Source of the DNA: a virus
Lineage: Duplodnaviria > Heunggongvirae > Uroviricota > Caudoviricetes
Strand: one strand, 5' to 3'
Virus record (IMG/VR): IMGVR_UViG_2537561935_000012
Length of the DNA stretch: 64,000 nucleotides
Notes under the pieces: generated by a model
What the model was told of the DNA's origin: nothing
Seen by the model: the letters and a program-made list of their open reading frames with translations, nothing else
Databases searched by the model: none
In this document: piece by piece, positions 10,966 to 19,998 of the stretch
Layout: the number at the start of each line of letters is the position of its first letter
How positions within the stretch are numbered: position 1 is the stretch's first letter
Program-made: the position numbers and the translations under genes

Positions 10966-11154
10966 TCACTCTCCTTTAGTGCGCAAGTGGTTTTTCCAGC
11001 GGTTTTGCGCCGCGCTGGGCTTTTTGCAAAAACCACAATCCATCATCCCGTAATATTTCATCAACCCCATCCGTCGGTTGCTGAGTCTCACCCACTGCCA
11101 GACGCCAGGAGCGTTTCTACGAACTAACAGAATCTTTGCTTTACGGTTTTTCAT
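10966..11154 (-). CDS. small Arg/Lys-rich protein, 62 aa
   Basis: starts MKNRKAK; ATGA overlap with upstream small ORF. Confidence 0.3.
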   Translation of the reverse strand: MKNRKAKILLVRRNAPGVWQWVRLSNRRMGLMKYYGMMDCGFCKKPSAAQNRWKNHLRTKGE

Positions 11155-11327
11155 CTTACAGCGTACCCTTTCTTCCGCCTGTTCTGTGACGCAGTAGGCT
11201 TACGCTTTGCGGCAAAAGCCACCTGACCAAATGGATGGAGTACCGCTATCTTATGGTTGCTAATAACCAGCTCCACCACACGCACAGGTCGCTGTAAAAA
11301 AAGTCGTTTTGCCTTACGGTTTTTCAT
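11151..11327 (-). CDS. small Arg/Lys-rich protein, 58 aa
   Basis: also starts MKNRKAK; too short for the ORF track; translationally coupled. Confidence 0.3.
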   Translation of the reverse strand: MKNRKAKRLFLQRPVRVVELVISNHKIAVLHPFGQVAFAAKRKPTASQNRRKKGYAVR

Positions 11328-11500
11328 CGCTTTGCTCTCCTGCGTCTCTTTGCTGCTCGTCGTGCCGCTGCAATACCGGTATGGCGGCGCTTTGGTGCCG
11401 GGATGATGTTGTCAGCCATCAGGACATACGGCTTTGCAATTAGCGCAGAAGCCCAAAAACGAGTCGGGTACGGTAACAAGCCGATACATGCCACACGCAT
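11324..11500 (-). CDS. small basic protein, 58 aa
   Basis: AAGGAGG RBS; TAATG overlap with upstream stop; C-terminal RRAAKRRRRAKR. Confidence 0.3.
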   Translation of the reverse strand: MRVACIGLLPYPTRFWASALIAKPYVLMADNIIPAPKRRHTGIAAARRAAKRRRRAKR

Positions 11501-12120
11501 TACTCACCTCCTTTGATGCGAATGCCAGCGGCGCGTGGCACATTAACTTCCACGATGCGCACAGTTGGTTTGTACATCTCAATCGCAGTCAGCCAGTCAG
11601 CGCCAGTCATGCGCTTTTCTGCATCGCCATTAGTCCACTTAACCGGTACACCAATAGCCTTCATCGCGATTTCTATTTCCCCGGCAATGGCGCTTTTTCC
11701 GCAACCAGTAAAACCAGATACAACGACCAGAACTTCACCTTTGGCTGGTTTTATTCCCCGCGCTTCCAGTTCTGCTATGCGCTTACTTCCATCCGAGATA
11801 ACACCTTCGTAATACTCACGCTGCTCGTTGAGTTTTGATTTTGCCAACTCCAGTTGTTTTGTTAGTTCCGCAATACGGCAAACATCGTTGATACGCGTTT
11901 CCTCTAATGCGTTGATCTCATCCAGTAGTGCCAGCACGGTTTCTGGTCCGGCCAGAAATTTGAAGGCGTTGAGGGCATCAATATCAACACCGCTATCTTT
12001 AAGTTCCTGTTCGCTTATCAGAGCATCATCAACTGGCAACATTAACAGGCGTTCCATTGCCGGAATTGCACGCTCTGCCGCCTCACGCAGTGCCTGATAG
12101 TCAATTGTCATTCTCGCCAT
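11500..12120 (-). CDS. hypothetical protein
   Basis: 206 aa; coiled-coil N-terminus. Confidence 0.5.
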   Translation of the reverse strand: MARMTIDYQALREAAERAIPAMERLLMLPVDDALISEQELKDSGVDIDALNAFKFLAGPETVLALLDEINALEETRINDVCRIAELTKQLELAKSKLNEQREYYEGVISDGSKRIAELEARGIKPAKGEVLVVVSGFTGCGKSAIAGEIEIAMKAIGVPVKWTNGDAEKRMTGADWLTAIEMYKPTVRIVEVNVPRAAGIRIKGGE

Positions 12121-12752
12121 CCTTCACAGTTGTAATCACTACAGCCTTCAAAATCATATGGGCTGTACTGCCAGGTTATTTTTCCGCAATGCGGACAATT
12201 CCAACGCACCTTCCCGCTTCGCGACTTCTTTCTTCTGTTCTGCTCTTTCAACCAGTCAGGCATGACCAAACCTGCGCCCTGAACCATTGTTCTGCGGTTA
12301 AAGTTATTGATATTGAACGTCCGACGCTTTGCTGCATCAGCAATGGAAAATGGCAACCAAACTATTCCTGGTTCGTTTTTGTTGGCGACGCTAAAGATGG
12401 TCGCTTTACTGAAGTCATCTGTTGGCAATCCACCGTGTTGAAGCCAGTAAACATCGTTGCCGTTCCAGCTACCTTTTTTGTAGGCCACATACGCAGTGCA
12501 ATCTGACTCAATCAGGCTTTCTGTGGGGATGTACTGGCAATCAACGTGCCACACAGCCATTGCATCCACGCTATCAGCGCAAACAGGCTGATCGATATCT
12601 CGTCCACAATTCCAGGCTTTTTGGGCTTCTTCCAGCGTGTAAACATGAGCGCGATCGATATCAGAACTGTAACCATTGCCGTTATGGCAATGGAATGAGG
12701 CGTTATTACCCACAGTTTCACGCAAGCACATCATGTAAAAGCGGTTATTCAC
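12108..12752 (-). CDS. hypothetical protein with C-terminal zinc ribbon
   Basis: 214 aa; CPHCG...C..YNCEGW. Confidence 0.5.
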   Translation of the reverse strand: MNNRFYMMCLRETVGNNASFHCHNGNGYSSDIDRAHVYTLEEAQKAWNCGRDIDQPVCADSVDAMAVWHVDCQYIPTESLIESDCTAYVAYKKGSWNGNDVYWLQHGGLPTDDFSKATIFSVANKNEPGIVWLPFSIADAAKRRTFNINNFNRRTMVQGAGLVMPDWLKEQNRRKKSRSGKVRWNCPHCGKITWQYSPYDFEGCSDYNCEGWRE

Positions 12753-13029
12753 TGGTTGCCTCCGCTTCCCACGTTTTCAGACTTTCACCACAGAACGGGC
12801 AAAATGAAACTCGAATAGGCGATTTAGAAAATTCACCAGACCGCAGCATGATCAGGTCTTGTGAATGAATTAATTCATGGTTATAGATTTTGTATTTCAG
12901 CAGACCTTTTCGCGTCGTGTATTCAGCGTCATGCTCCAGGGATTGTGCCAACGCCGCGCACGGTTCTATCTTGTTGCCATTAATTTGGCATTTTGACTCA
13001 CTCACTGGTTGCCCCCTGAATACGCTCAA
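12745..13029 (-). CDS. hypothetical zinc-ribbon protein
   Basis: 94 aa; CPFCG motif. Confidence 0.4.
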   Translation of the reverse strand: MSVFRGQPVSESKCQINGNKIEPCAALAQSLEHDAEYTTRKGLLKYKIYNHELIHSQDLIMLRSGEFSKSPIRVSFCPFCGESLKTWEAEATSE

Positions 13030-13579
13030 ACTCTATTACCCACACCCAAGGATTAGCGTTCCAACTATCTTCGCCATAAATTGATTTCCATAGGCTACGG
13101 AAACCTGGGTAATGCTTATCGCCAATGAGGGTCGATTCTGTTGGTGCGCCCTCAGCCCTTGCATCGCATTCGCTGATATCGTTCAACCGCTCAACGCGCA
13201 CGTTGGTAATTTCCAGAAGAATGCGCGATGCCCAGCGCGGCATGTGAATTGATGGCGTCCACTTTTCTGATACTGGTTTATTACAAACCTCGACCGGAAC
13301 CCGGTGCGTTTGTTCTGTCCAGGAGTTACGCACGCTTGCGCGATAAACCAGCGTTGCGACGTCCGTCGCTTTGCCATGTACCCGGTAGGTTTCGCGAACC
13401 CAAATACGATCGCCCGGTTGACCATATGGACAATGCTTGGCAAGCAACTCTGCGGCCACTGCCCGTCCATAGAATTTTTCTTCAACAATCCTGCGAGTCT
13501 GTGTTTTATTCCCGCCAAGAATTGCCCGGACCATCTCATCGTTAAAAATCATGCCGCGCTCTTTCACTTCGCCTTTCAT
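12998..13579 (-). CDS. ASCH/PUA-like phage protein
   Basis: 193 aa; N-terminal MIFNDEMVRAILGGNKTQTRR...GDRIWVRE. Confidence 0.5.
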   Translation of the reverse strand: MKGEVKERGMIFNDEMVRAILGGNKTQTRRIVEEKFYGRAVAAELLAKHCPYGQPGDRIWVRETYRVHGKATDVATLVYRASVRNSWTEQTHRVPVEVCNKPVSEKWTPSIHMPRWASRILLEITNVRVERLNDISECDARAEGAPTESTLIGDKHYPGFRSLWKSIYGEDSWNANPWVWVIEFERIQGATSE

Positions 13580-13757
13580 GCATCCCCCTTACCCATGTGC
13601 GACGATGCCGCAAAAAGTGATAGAGAACAGCCAGAAATAGATCGCGGCCATAATGATTTTGAATGCCGTGTTCATATTTTCAGCTCCTGTGATTGATTGG
13701 ATACATGCCGCGCCTTGCGGCATGTTTTTATTTTCACTTCCTCTGTTTTAAAAATCA

Positions 13758-13774
13758 ATATTTATTAGAGCAAT
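13758..13774. promoter_or_regulatory. C1 operator-like site (16/17)
   Basis: atatttattagagcaat in an intergenic region. Confidence 0.6.
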
Positions 13775-14280
13775 TATTGTTGATGGAGAAGCGCGTTTTC
13801 ATACTCCCTGACCATTAACGTAAGCACGCCGTGCCTCCTGAAAACACGCGCCACTTCAATCTTATCTTCCAGCGCGAACGCGATTTTACTTAGACCAATT
13901 TTCTTAAGGAGATCAATCTTTGCTGGGCCGTCATTTCTGTCATCGGTGGCAGGACGCATAGATAGCAAAGGCTCAGCCCCGTTTGTTACGTACTTCCGCA
14001 GCCAGGCTCGTGTTTTATCCCTTGCGATCTCACAGCGCCCGGTTACAAACCAGACCGTGTAAACGTTAAATAACTGGCGCACAATATCAATAACTGGAGT
14101 TATGGGAGTATCAGTGTCACAGGCGAGATTAAACTCGTTCCAGTCCTTTGTTAATGCACCTTTACCTGGTGGCGGAAGCAAATGCAGTCTGTCTTCAGTT
14201 GCCTCTGATATTGTTCCATCAATATCAACTATGACGATATACGGACGTTCCTGGTGTGCGTGTTTATTGAAAATACTCAA
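13774..14280 (-). CDS. HAD-superfamily phosphatase-like protein
   Basis: 168 aa; VIVDIDGT (DxDGT) motif. Confidence 0.5.
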   Translation of the reverse strand: MSIFNKHAHQERPYIVIVDIDGTISEATEDRLHLLPPPGKGALTKDWNEFNLACDTDTPITPVIDIVRQLFNVYTVWFVTGRCEIARDKTRAWLRKYVTNGAEPLLSMRPATDDRNDGPAKIDLLKKIGLSKIAFALEDKIEVARVFRRHGVLTLMVREYENALLHQQ

Positions 14281-14352
14281 ATTCCCTCCTCATTGGACGA
14301 AAAAAATGCTGGTGGGCGCACTCCACCAGCATTAAAAGTGACACTGTAACTG

Positions 14353-15615
14353 TCAGCGAACGTAAATAGTTCCGCCGTTCTCTTTTTCCCATGCATCGCT
14401 ACGTGCATAGCAAACATCGAGAAGTCTTCTTGCCGCTGTTTCCTCTAAACCCAATTCGACAACCAACTGCTCATGACGGCGGGTAACCACATCAAACAGG
14501 GTATGCAGCCCTTTAGCTGCCAGCTCATCAATAAATTCCGGTTCGAACGGCAGCTCTGCCTCTGCCAACATAACCTCTTGCGCCCACTCAACTCGACGGA
14601 CCAGTTCCGGGCGGCGGCTTTCCATCTCTTTACAGATCAATTCATGGAAGAACTCTACCCAACCTTCCGGCTGGAACTCGCGGAAAATGGCCAACGGCTG
14701 GAAGTTTGGCATCAACCATTCGTTGATCCGGATATCAATGGCATAGCCCATGTCGCAGCAGAACTGATAAGCAAAGTCCAGCTTAGAAACGATATAAGGA
14801 CGCTCGTTATTGAACTCTTTAGGCGATGAGATCCCATAAGCCAGGAGGCGCGGGAAGAAGGAGATTTGCCCTAACGTCGGATGAAGTTTGCTTGCAGGGA
14901 AACGGCGCTCAGTAATGCCATACATTTCCTTCTTGAGCGTCGCAAATTTGGCATTCTCATTAACCAGCGCGGTAACCTCTGCTTTTTTATTAGCAAATGC
15001 CACGCGCGCCTCGCTTGCATCTTTAATAGTTTTTTTGAGCTGTTGGTTAAGGTCGGCGACCTGCTTACGCAGTTCCTGTCGCTCGCTTTTAGCTTTGTTA
15101 TAGCGTTTCTCAAGGTTAAAAGGATCAAGTTTCATGATCTCTTTATATTGAGATTTTAGCGTTGAAATCTGTGAGTTCCGCAGTTCAACCATCGCGGTCA
15201 TTTCATTGAGTTTTGTTTCCAGCTCAATGCTTATACGTTCGGCATTATCAGCACGCTGGTTGGCGTCATGCGTCGCATCGTCGATCGCGTCCTGTTGCTG
15301 GCGTTTCAAATGTTCAATTTCCAGCTGAAGCTCTTCAATTTCTTTACCCTTCAGACCGAGATCCAACTGCATATTTTCAGCTGCATCTACCAGGGAGTTA
15401 TGGCTATCAGCTTCTGCGTTATAAACATCAATAAGCTGTGCGTGAAGCATCTCCGCTGACTGAACCGCATTATCAAAAAAACGCGCTGTGAGGTCATCAC
15501 AACTAACGCGGCGTTGCGCGGCCCGGATGTTCTGGATAATGGCCGGGATACCGGCATTCAGGACGTCAGGGATAGATACATTTTCGATTGATTGGTTTTG
15601 TGCTGAAGTGCTCAT
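14353..15615 (-). CDS. hypothetical protein, coiled-coil N-terminal half
   Basis: 420 aa; Cys/aromatic-rich C-terminal domain. Confidence 0.55.
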   Translation of the reverse strand: MSTSAQNQSIENVSIPDVLNAGIPAIIQNIRAAQRRVSCDDLTARFFDNAVQSAEMLHAQLIDVYNAEADSHNSLVDAAENMQLDLGLKGKEIEELQLEIEHLKRQQQDAIDDATHDANQRADNAERISIELETKLNEMTAMVELRNSQISTLKSQYKEIMKLDPFNLEKRYNKAKSERQELRKQVADLNQQLKKTIKDASEARVAFANKKAEVTALVNENAKFATLKKEMYGITERRFPASKLHPTLGQISFFPRLLAYGISSPKEFNNERPYIVSKLDFAYQFCCDMGYAIDIRINEWLMPNFQPLAIFREFQPEGWVEFFHELICKEMESRRPELVRRVEWAQEVMLAEAELPFEPEFIDELAAKGLHTLFDVVTRRHEQLVVELGLEETAARRLLDVCYARSDAWEKENGGTIYVR

Positions 15616-15616
15616 T

Positions 15617-15835
15617 TCAAAGTTCCGTATTAGCTTGTGCTTCGGTCATTTTTCCTAAGTATGAAGGAGGAAGGACTACGCAATTTGTATCCAGTCCCTC
15701 ACCTATGGCAGCCTGTAAAATTCTGGCTAAGGTGAGTCTCTTGTTGCGATACCTGGTGATGACATGCCTGATACCGCCGGTCGGCGTAACAAAGGCGATC
15801 AGCCAGTAGTGATATTTCCGTCGGAATGGCCACAT
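15617..15835 (-). CDS. hypothetical protein
   Basis: 72-aa ORF abutting the downstream gene. Confidence 0.3.
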   Translation of the reverse strand: MWPFRRKYHYWLIAFVTPTGGIRHVITRYRNKRLTLARILQAAIGEGLDTNCVVLPPSYLGKMTEAQANTEL

Positions 15836-15849
15836 AGTGCACCTTGTAG

Positions 15850-15915
15850 ATTGCTCTAATAAAAAACGTGATGAGTGTACATCACGTTTTAAAAATATGG
15901 AATTATTAGAGCAAT
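15850..15915. promoter_or_regulatory. pair of inverted C1 operator-like sites flanking a hairpin
   Basis: attgctctaataaaaaa (15850-15866) and ggaattattagagcaat (15899-15915) around aacgtgatg...catcacgtt. Confidence 0.5.
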
Positions 15916-15916
15916 A

Positions 15917-16618
15917 TTATTCTGATTCTCGCTCAAAAAATGAGCTGATAAGGGGAAGCCAATCCTCTGACACTTCGCGAGGTCGCGGTTTGCCGTGGAA
16001 AAAGATTATTCGGCAGTCTTTTGGTAATGCCCCATTCCCCCTGGAGTAACGCGCGCTCGCATATTTTGAACCAGGTTCCACAACATCGGCCTTGTAACTT
16101 ACAAACCATCCTGGATACAGATCCTGAAATGCTGGTGTATCATCGCCCATAACCTTTCGTAAGAACCCCTGGTCACCCCAGCACTCAGTAGTGACACAAC
16201 GAGAAATCCAACCTTCCGGATCTTGCCAGAATGAACTCCAGATATGCGCTTTAACACTATTTGGTATCCACAGGGCACCGCTGCCACGATATTGTGGATG
16301 GTAAAAATCCCTAAGCATGGTGAAGCTGGTTGGTGGATGCTCTAGGATTGGGCGTATATCACCGGCAATAACCGTGTCCAAATCCAGATAGAACAGATCA
16401 TCGGTTATATCCGGTCGGAACAACTCGATTTTCGCCCACCAGCCACGGCACTTTTGCCACTGGTTGATCAATGGGACAACTTTGACGCCAGGTACATGTA
16501 AACGCTTCAGGTCTGTCAGGCAAATAATTTCATAGCCTTTTGGCAGTTGATTAACCAGCCACTGCACATCGGAAGCGTTATAGTCACCACCAGAGCGAAA
16601 AACTAAAGCAATCTTCAT
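15917..16618 (-). CDS. hypothetical protein, possible GT-A-like glycosyltransferase
   Basis: 233 aa; YLDLD (DxD-like) motif; weak. Confidence 0.35.
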   Translation of the reverse strand: MKIALVFRSGGDYNASDVQWLVNQLPKGYEIICLTDLKRLHVPGVKVVPLINQWQKCRGWWAKIELFRPDITDDLFYLDLDTVIAGDIRPILEHPPTSFTMLRDFYHPQYRGSGALWIPNSVKAHIWSSFWQDPEGWISRCVTTECWGDQGFLRKVMGDDTPAFQDLYPGWFVSYKADVVEPGSKYASARYSRGNGALPKDCRIIFFHGKPRPREVSEDWLPLISSFFERESE

Positions 16619-17307
16619 GCTGCACCATCACCTTTCACTTTCATCAATGTCAGGTTTCCGCAAAATACGGCACCAGTGTCGATATACTGCTGATTCCAGA
16701 ATGTCTTCGGGCTTTTCACCGGAGTGTGACCAAAGATAAAACGATCTGCGCCCGAAATTTCGCCACCAATATCATCCATCGAATCACTGATACGCTCGCG
16801 CGCCCAGACAACGTTGAAAAGCGGCACCTCCTTACCGAATTGGTATTCATTATCCGGATAGTCGGCATGGGCTATAACGATAGTTTCTTGCCCCGTGTTC
16901 AACTCAATGATATAGGGCAGACGCTTTACCAGCTCCACCAGCGCCCAGGCTAATATTTCCTGATCAGTGTCCAGCATGAAGAACCATTGTCCGCCATTCA
17001 TTAGCCAGTTATTCACGTTGCCATCTGGACTTAACGCATCAATCATCAGCCGCTCATGGTTCCCCATCACTGCCCTGAACCAGGGCATCTGCAATAGTTC
17101 CAGACATTCGACATTTTCAGTACCGCGATCGATAAGGTCGCCGACCGATATCAGTAAATCCTGCGCCGGGTCAAAATCCACACGATGGAGTTCGGACATC
17201 AGTCTGGTGTAGCAACCATGCAGATCACCAACAACCCAGACATTCCTGTATTTGGTACCGTCGATACGGTGATAAATTGTGGGTGCCATCATGTATTCTT
17301 CAGCCAT
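16615..17307 (-). CDS. ppp: Ser/Thr protein phosphatase (lambda-PPase family)
   Basis: 230 aa; GDLHG, GDLIDRG and GNHE motifs. Confidence 0.85.
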   Translation of the reverse strand: MAEEYMMAPTIYHRIDGTKYRNVWVVGDLHGCYTRLMSELHRVDFDPAQDLLISVGDLIDRGTENVECLELLQMPWFRAVMGNHERLMIDALSPDGNVNNWLMNGGQWFFMLDTDQEILAWALVELVKRLPYIIELNTGQETIVIAHADYPDNEYQFGKEVPLFNVVWARERISDSMDDIGGEISGADRFIFGHTPVKSPKTFWNQQYIDTGAVFCGNLTLMKVKGDGAA

Positions 17308-17915
17308 TCTTTAAGAGTCATCTGCGGAATACCTCCCATTTTCCCGCATGAAACAACGTCAATCTGTTCACGCGCAGACTGGAATAACAAAGGCAGGTGA
17401 CTTAGATTTTTTGGCGTGCTGCCGGAGTGAACGCGTAGTTCTTGCGTAGCGTCAACGCCCACCAGAGCTACATGTTTGAATCCGATATGGAAAGCCAGGG
17501 TCAGAGCACCATATGCACTATTGCCGCTGGCAATTTCATTCTCATCTTCGCAAAGGCCGAAATGTGCGGACCAGCGCCACGCCCACCACTCGGGAGAATT
17601 CGTATTTTTTGGCTCCATGCCGCGTTCAGCCACACGACGGAAGCACAGAACGCCATCTCTGACTTCACGTTCTTTAACATCGGGTAGTGCCATGCAATAA
17701 CAAACACCACGGCGACGGCGGCCACGACCAACGCGCCGCATATTGTCTGGCGATGGATCAAGTGTGAAAAAATAAGAAGCGCGGTTCAGCCAGTCGATGG
17801 CCCCATTGACCGCTATAATCGGCACTCCGCGCGGCGCAACAAAGTTTGCGGCGCTTGGGCCACTGCCGACGATAATAACGCGATCACTGCCTCTAAATTT
17901 ATTCTTGGGAAACAT
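17289..17915 (-). CDS. hypothetical Rossmann-like protein (GSGPS motif)
   Basis: 208 aa; VIIVGSGPS...IIAVN; paralog of the next ORF. Confidence 0.5.
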   Translation of the reverse strand: MFPKNKFRGSDRVIIVGSGPSAANFVAPRGVPIIAVNGAIDWLNRASYFFTLDPSPDNMRRVGRGRRRRGVCYCMALPDVKEREVRDGVLCFRRVAERGMEPKNTNSPEWWAWRWSAHFGLCEDENEIASGNSAYGALTLAFHIGFKHVALVGVDATQELRVHSGSTPKNLSHLPLLFQSAREQIDVVSCGKMGGIPQMTLKEWLKNT

Positions 17916-18442
17916 TGAATTGCACTGCTCCTACTTGCATTCAAAATATGTAAATCTGCGTGTTTTTTGCGGGTATCCAGGAACTGCTGTTGCCATTTTG
18001 AAATAGACACCTGCGTTGGATTCCGTAGTGCTTGAGGGTGCGCGCCATGCCAATGAAGGCCGTTTTGCAGAGAACAGTCATAGCCGACTAATACCACTAC
18101 TTCAGCCCCTGATTCAGCAGCCAGACTGATAGCCTGCGCGCCGCTATTTACCCCTTCCGCCGGTCCACAATATCTCCTGTACTCCAACGAAAATGATTTC
18201 GCCGCCGCCAGGTTGGCTGTCACTTTGCGGAATCTCCCTCCCGGTATGGTGGATCCGTATTGCTTCCACCATGACAAATCACCGGCGTATAAGGCATAAA
18301 TGTCATCGAACATCTGCCAGGAATTGTTAACCGCGATGATTGAACAGCCAGTTTTTTCTATAGCAGCACAGTCCTCACGAGTGAGTGACGGTCCGCTACC
18401 GACACAAAAAACAGTCCTAGTCGCCCTGGGTGGTATGTTCAT
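17813..18442 (-). CDS. hypothetical Rossmann-like protein, paralog of previous
   Basis: VFCVGSGPSL...IIAVNNSW; start set at internal Met by alignment with paralog; about 100-nt overlap. Confidence 0.45.
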   Translation of the reverse strand: MNIPPRATRTVFCVGSGPSLTREDCAAIEKTGCSIIAVNNSWQMFDDIYALYAGDLSWWKQYGSTIPGGRFRKVTANLAAAKSFSLEYRRYCGPAEGVNSGAQAISLAAESGAEVVVLVGYDCSLQNGLHWHGAHPQALRNPTQVSISKWQQQFLDTRKKHADLHILNASRSSAIQCFPRINLEAVIALLSSAVAQAPQTLLRRAECRL

Positions 18443-18638
18443 TCTCAGCTGCAAATTCAGCCTCCAGGCGAGCATTCATTTCAGCGATTACAGAGTCCAC
18501 TACAGCATCTGTTTCCTGTTCATTACGCGGCATGATCGATGCCAGCGATTCATAATTAGCCTTGGATGACACGACTATTCTCCCGATGTTAATGTGCGCT
18601 ATATCAAATGGCGCATATGTACTAATTAATTTATTATT

Positions 18639-19217
18639 TTAAGCAGCATACAACCACTTGTCGCCGTTCAATACATGCTCAATAGCCTCACCCTTTTTAA
18701 GGCTTATGTATTCCAGGATGGCGGTTATCGCTTGTTCTGCACCATACGCAAGAACGACGTAGTAACCTTCCTCTCTAAGCCTGCGCATCCAGGCGATCTG
18801 CTCTTTCGTCGGGGCTTTACCATTTGGTTCTTTAAGCTCAATTCGCATGCCGTGATAAATACCGCATGCTTTATCGAGACTCATGTCCGGATAACCTTTT
18901 TTCTGCCCTTCAGCTTTCATTTTCCCGGCGGTTGCTTTTGAACGTTTCCCTCCGTTAGGCGTTGCATGCAACAGCTCATAGATGTCAGGGTGCTTGCGTT
19001 CGAAGTAATCAAAAATGAAAACCTGCTCGAAGTGCTCGCAATTTCCGTCGCGCAGGTCTGGGTTCTTTGCCAGTGCTGCAAGTGCCTTCGCATGTGGAGA
19101 AACTTCTTTTACCGGCGCAAGCGATAAGAATGGATCCTTTTTGGTTTTTGGCCTGGACCGCCCCTTATTTCTACGCTCACTAAAAGCCTGAAACTCTTCC
19201 TCAGTAAAGCGCAACAT
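18639..19217 (-). CDS. VRR-NUC domain nuclease
   Basis: 192 aa; GYPDM...IELKEPNGK motif. Confidence 0.6.
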   Translation of the reverse strand: MLRFTEEEFQAFSERRNKGRSRPKTKKDPFLSLAPVKEVSPHAKALAALAKNPDLRDGNCEHFEQVFIFDYFERKHPDIYELLHATPNGGKRSKATAGKMKAEGQKKGYPDMSLDKACGIYHGMRIELKEPNGKAPTKEQIAWMRRLREEGYYVVLAYGAEQAITAILEYISLKKGEAIEHVLNGDKWLYAA

Positions 19218-19219
19218 AA

Positions 19220-19465
19220 TCAGTCAAATCCTGCCGGTCGCATGCCATATTTACGCTGTTTTGCGGCCTGCTCTTCCCTGTGCCATTGCGCACACTCAGC
19301 GTCACAATAGATGCCTGATTCGATCGGTTCATTGCAGTAACGACACTTCCCTGTAAATACCTGGCTCACGACCTGTGCCTGCTTTCTGATGTTATCGATG
19401 GCCATGTCTTTGAGAGCTTCTAACTGATTCATGCTCAGCTCTGCATCATCAACACGTTCTGCCAA
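19220..19465 (-). CDS. TraR/DksA-type C4 zinc-finger protein
   Basis: 81 aa; CRYCNEPIE...YCDAEC. Confidence 0.6.
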   Translation of the reverse strand: MAERVDDAELSMNQLEALKDMAIDNIRKQAQVVSQVFTGKCRYCNEPIESGIYCDAECAQWHREEQAAKQRKYGMRPAGFD

Positions 19466-19522
19466 TTTTGTTTCCTCGTGAAGAACCTACTTAAGGGCAG
19501 AATGATACATTTCACAATCAAA

Positions 19523-19539
19523 ATTGCACTAATAATTTT
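19523..19539. promoter_or_regulatory. C1 operator-like site (15/17)
   Basis: attgcactaataatttt in a divergent intergenic region. Confidence 0.5.
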
Positions 19540-19563
19540 CTTTTATTGAGTTAAATATTCAAC

Positions 19564-19582
19564 AAATGACTAGCGGTAGAAT
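19564..19582 (+). promoter_or_regulatory. candidate late promoter
   Basis: AAATGACTA-gcgg-TAGAAT about 30 nt before the ATG at 19612; matches the motif seen at three other operon starts. Confidence 0.4.
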
Positions 19583-19611
19583 CACCATCATCTATTTCTG
19601 GCAGGCTGACT

Positions 19612-19989
19612 ATGGCTACATCAATCACTACAACCCAAAGCACCCGGCAATATCCTCTGTCGCGGTATGACGACCGCAACATAGCCGATCCAATACTCAG
19701 GGCAGAGCTACGCAAAGAGGTGATGCTTATGTGTGAATCGAACGACAAGAATATGACGATTTATTACGTTCTTCCCGATGAGCAATATCGCCCGGATTTG
19801 CTGGCTTACCGTATGTGGGGCATAGCAGAGCTACGCTGGGTTGTGACGCTCGCCGCCGGGCTTGAGGATGAGTCTCAGGGTATGACTGTTGGCAAAAAAT
19901 TAAAACTCCCACCTGCCACCTGGATCCGCGAAATGATTCGCCATTTCCAATACGACGGCCAGGTAATAGGGACATTATCCATTGCGTAA
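19612..19989 (+). CDS. hypothetical protein (late operon)
   Basis: 125-aa ORF. Confidence 0.5.
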   Translation: MATSITTTQSTRQYPLSRYDDRNIADPILRAELRKEVMLMCESNDKNMTIYYVLPDEQYRPDLLAYRMWGIAELRWVVTLAAGLEDESQGMTVGKKLKLPPATWIREMIRHFQYDGQVIGTLSIA

Positions 19990-19998
19990 GGGAATTGA

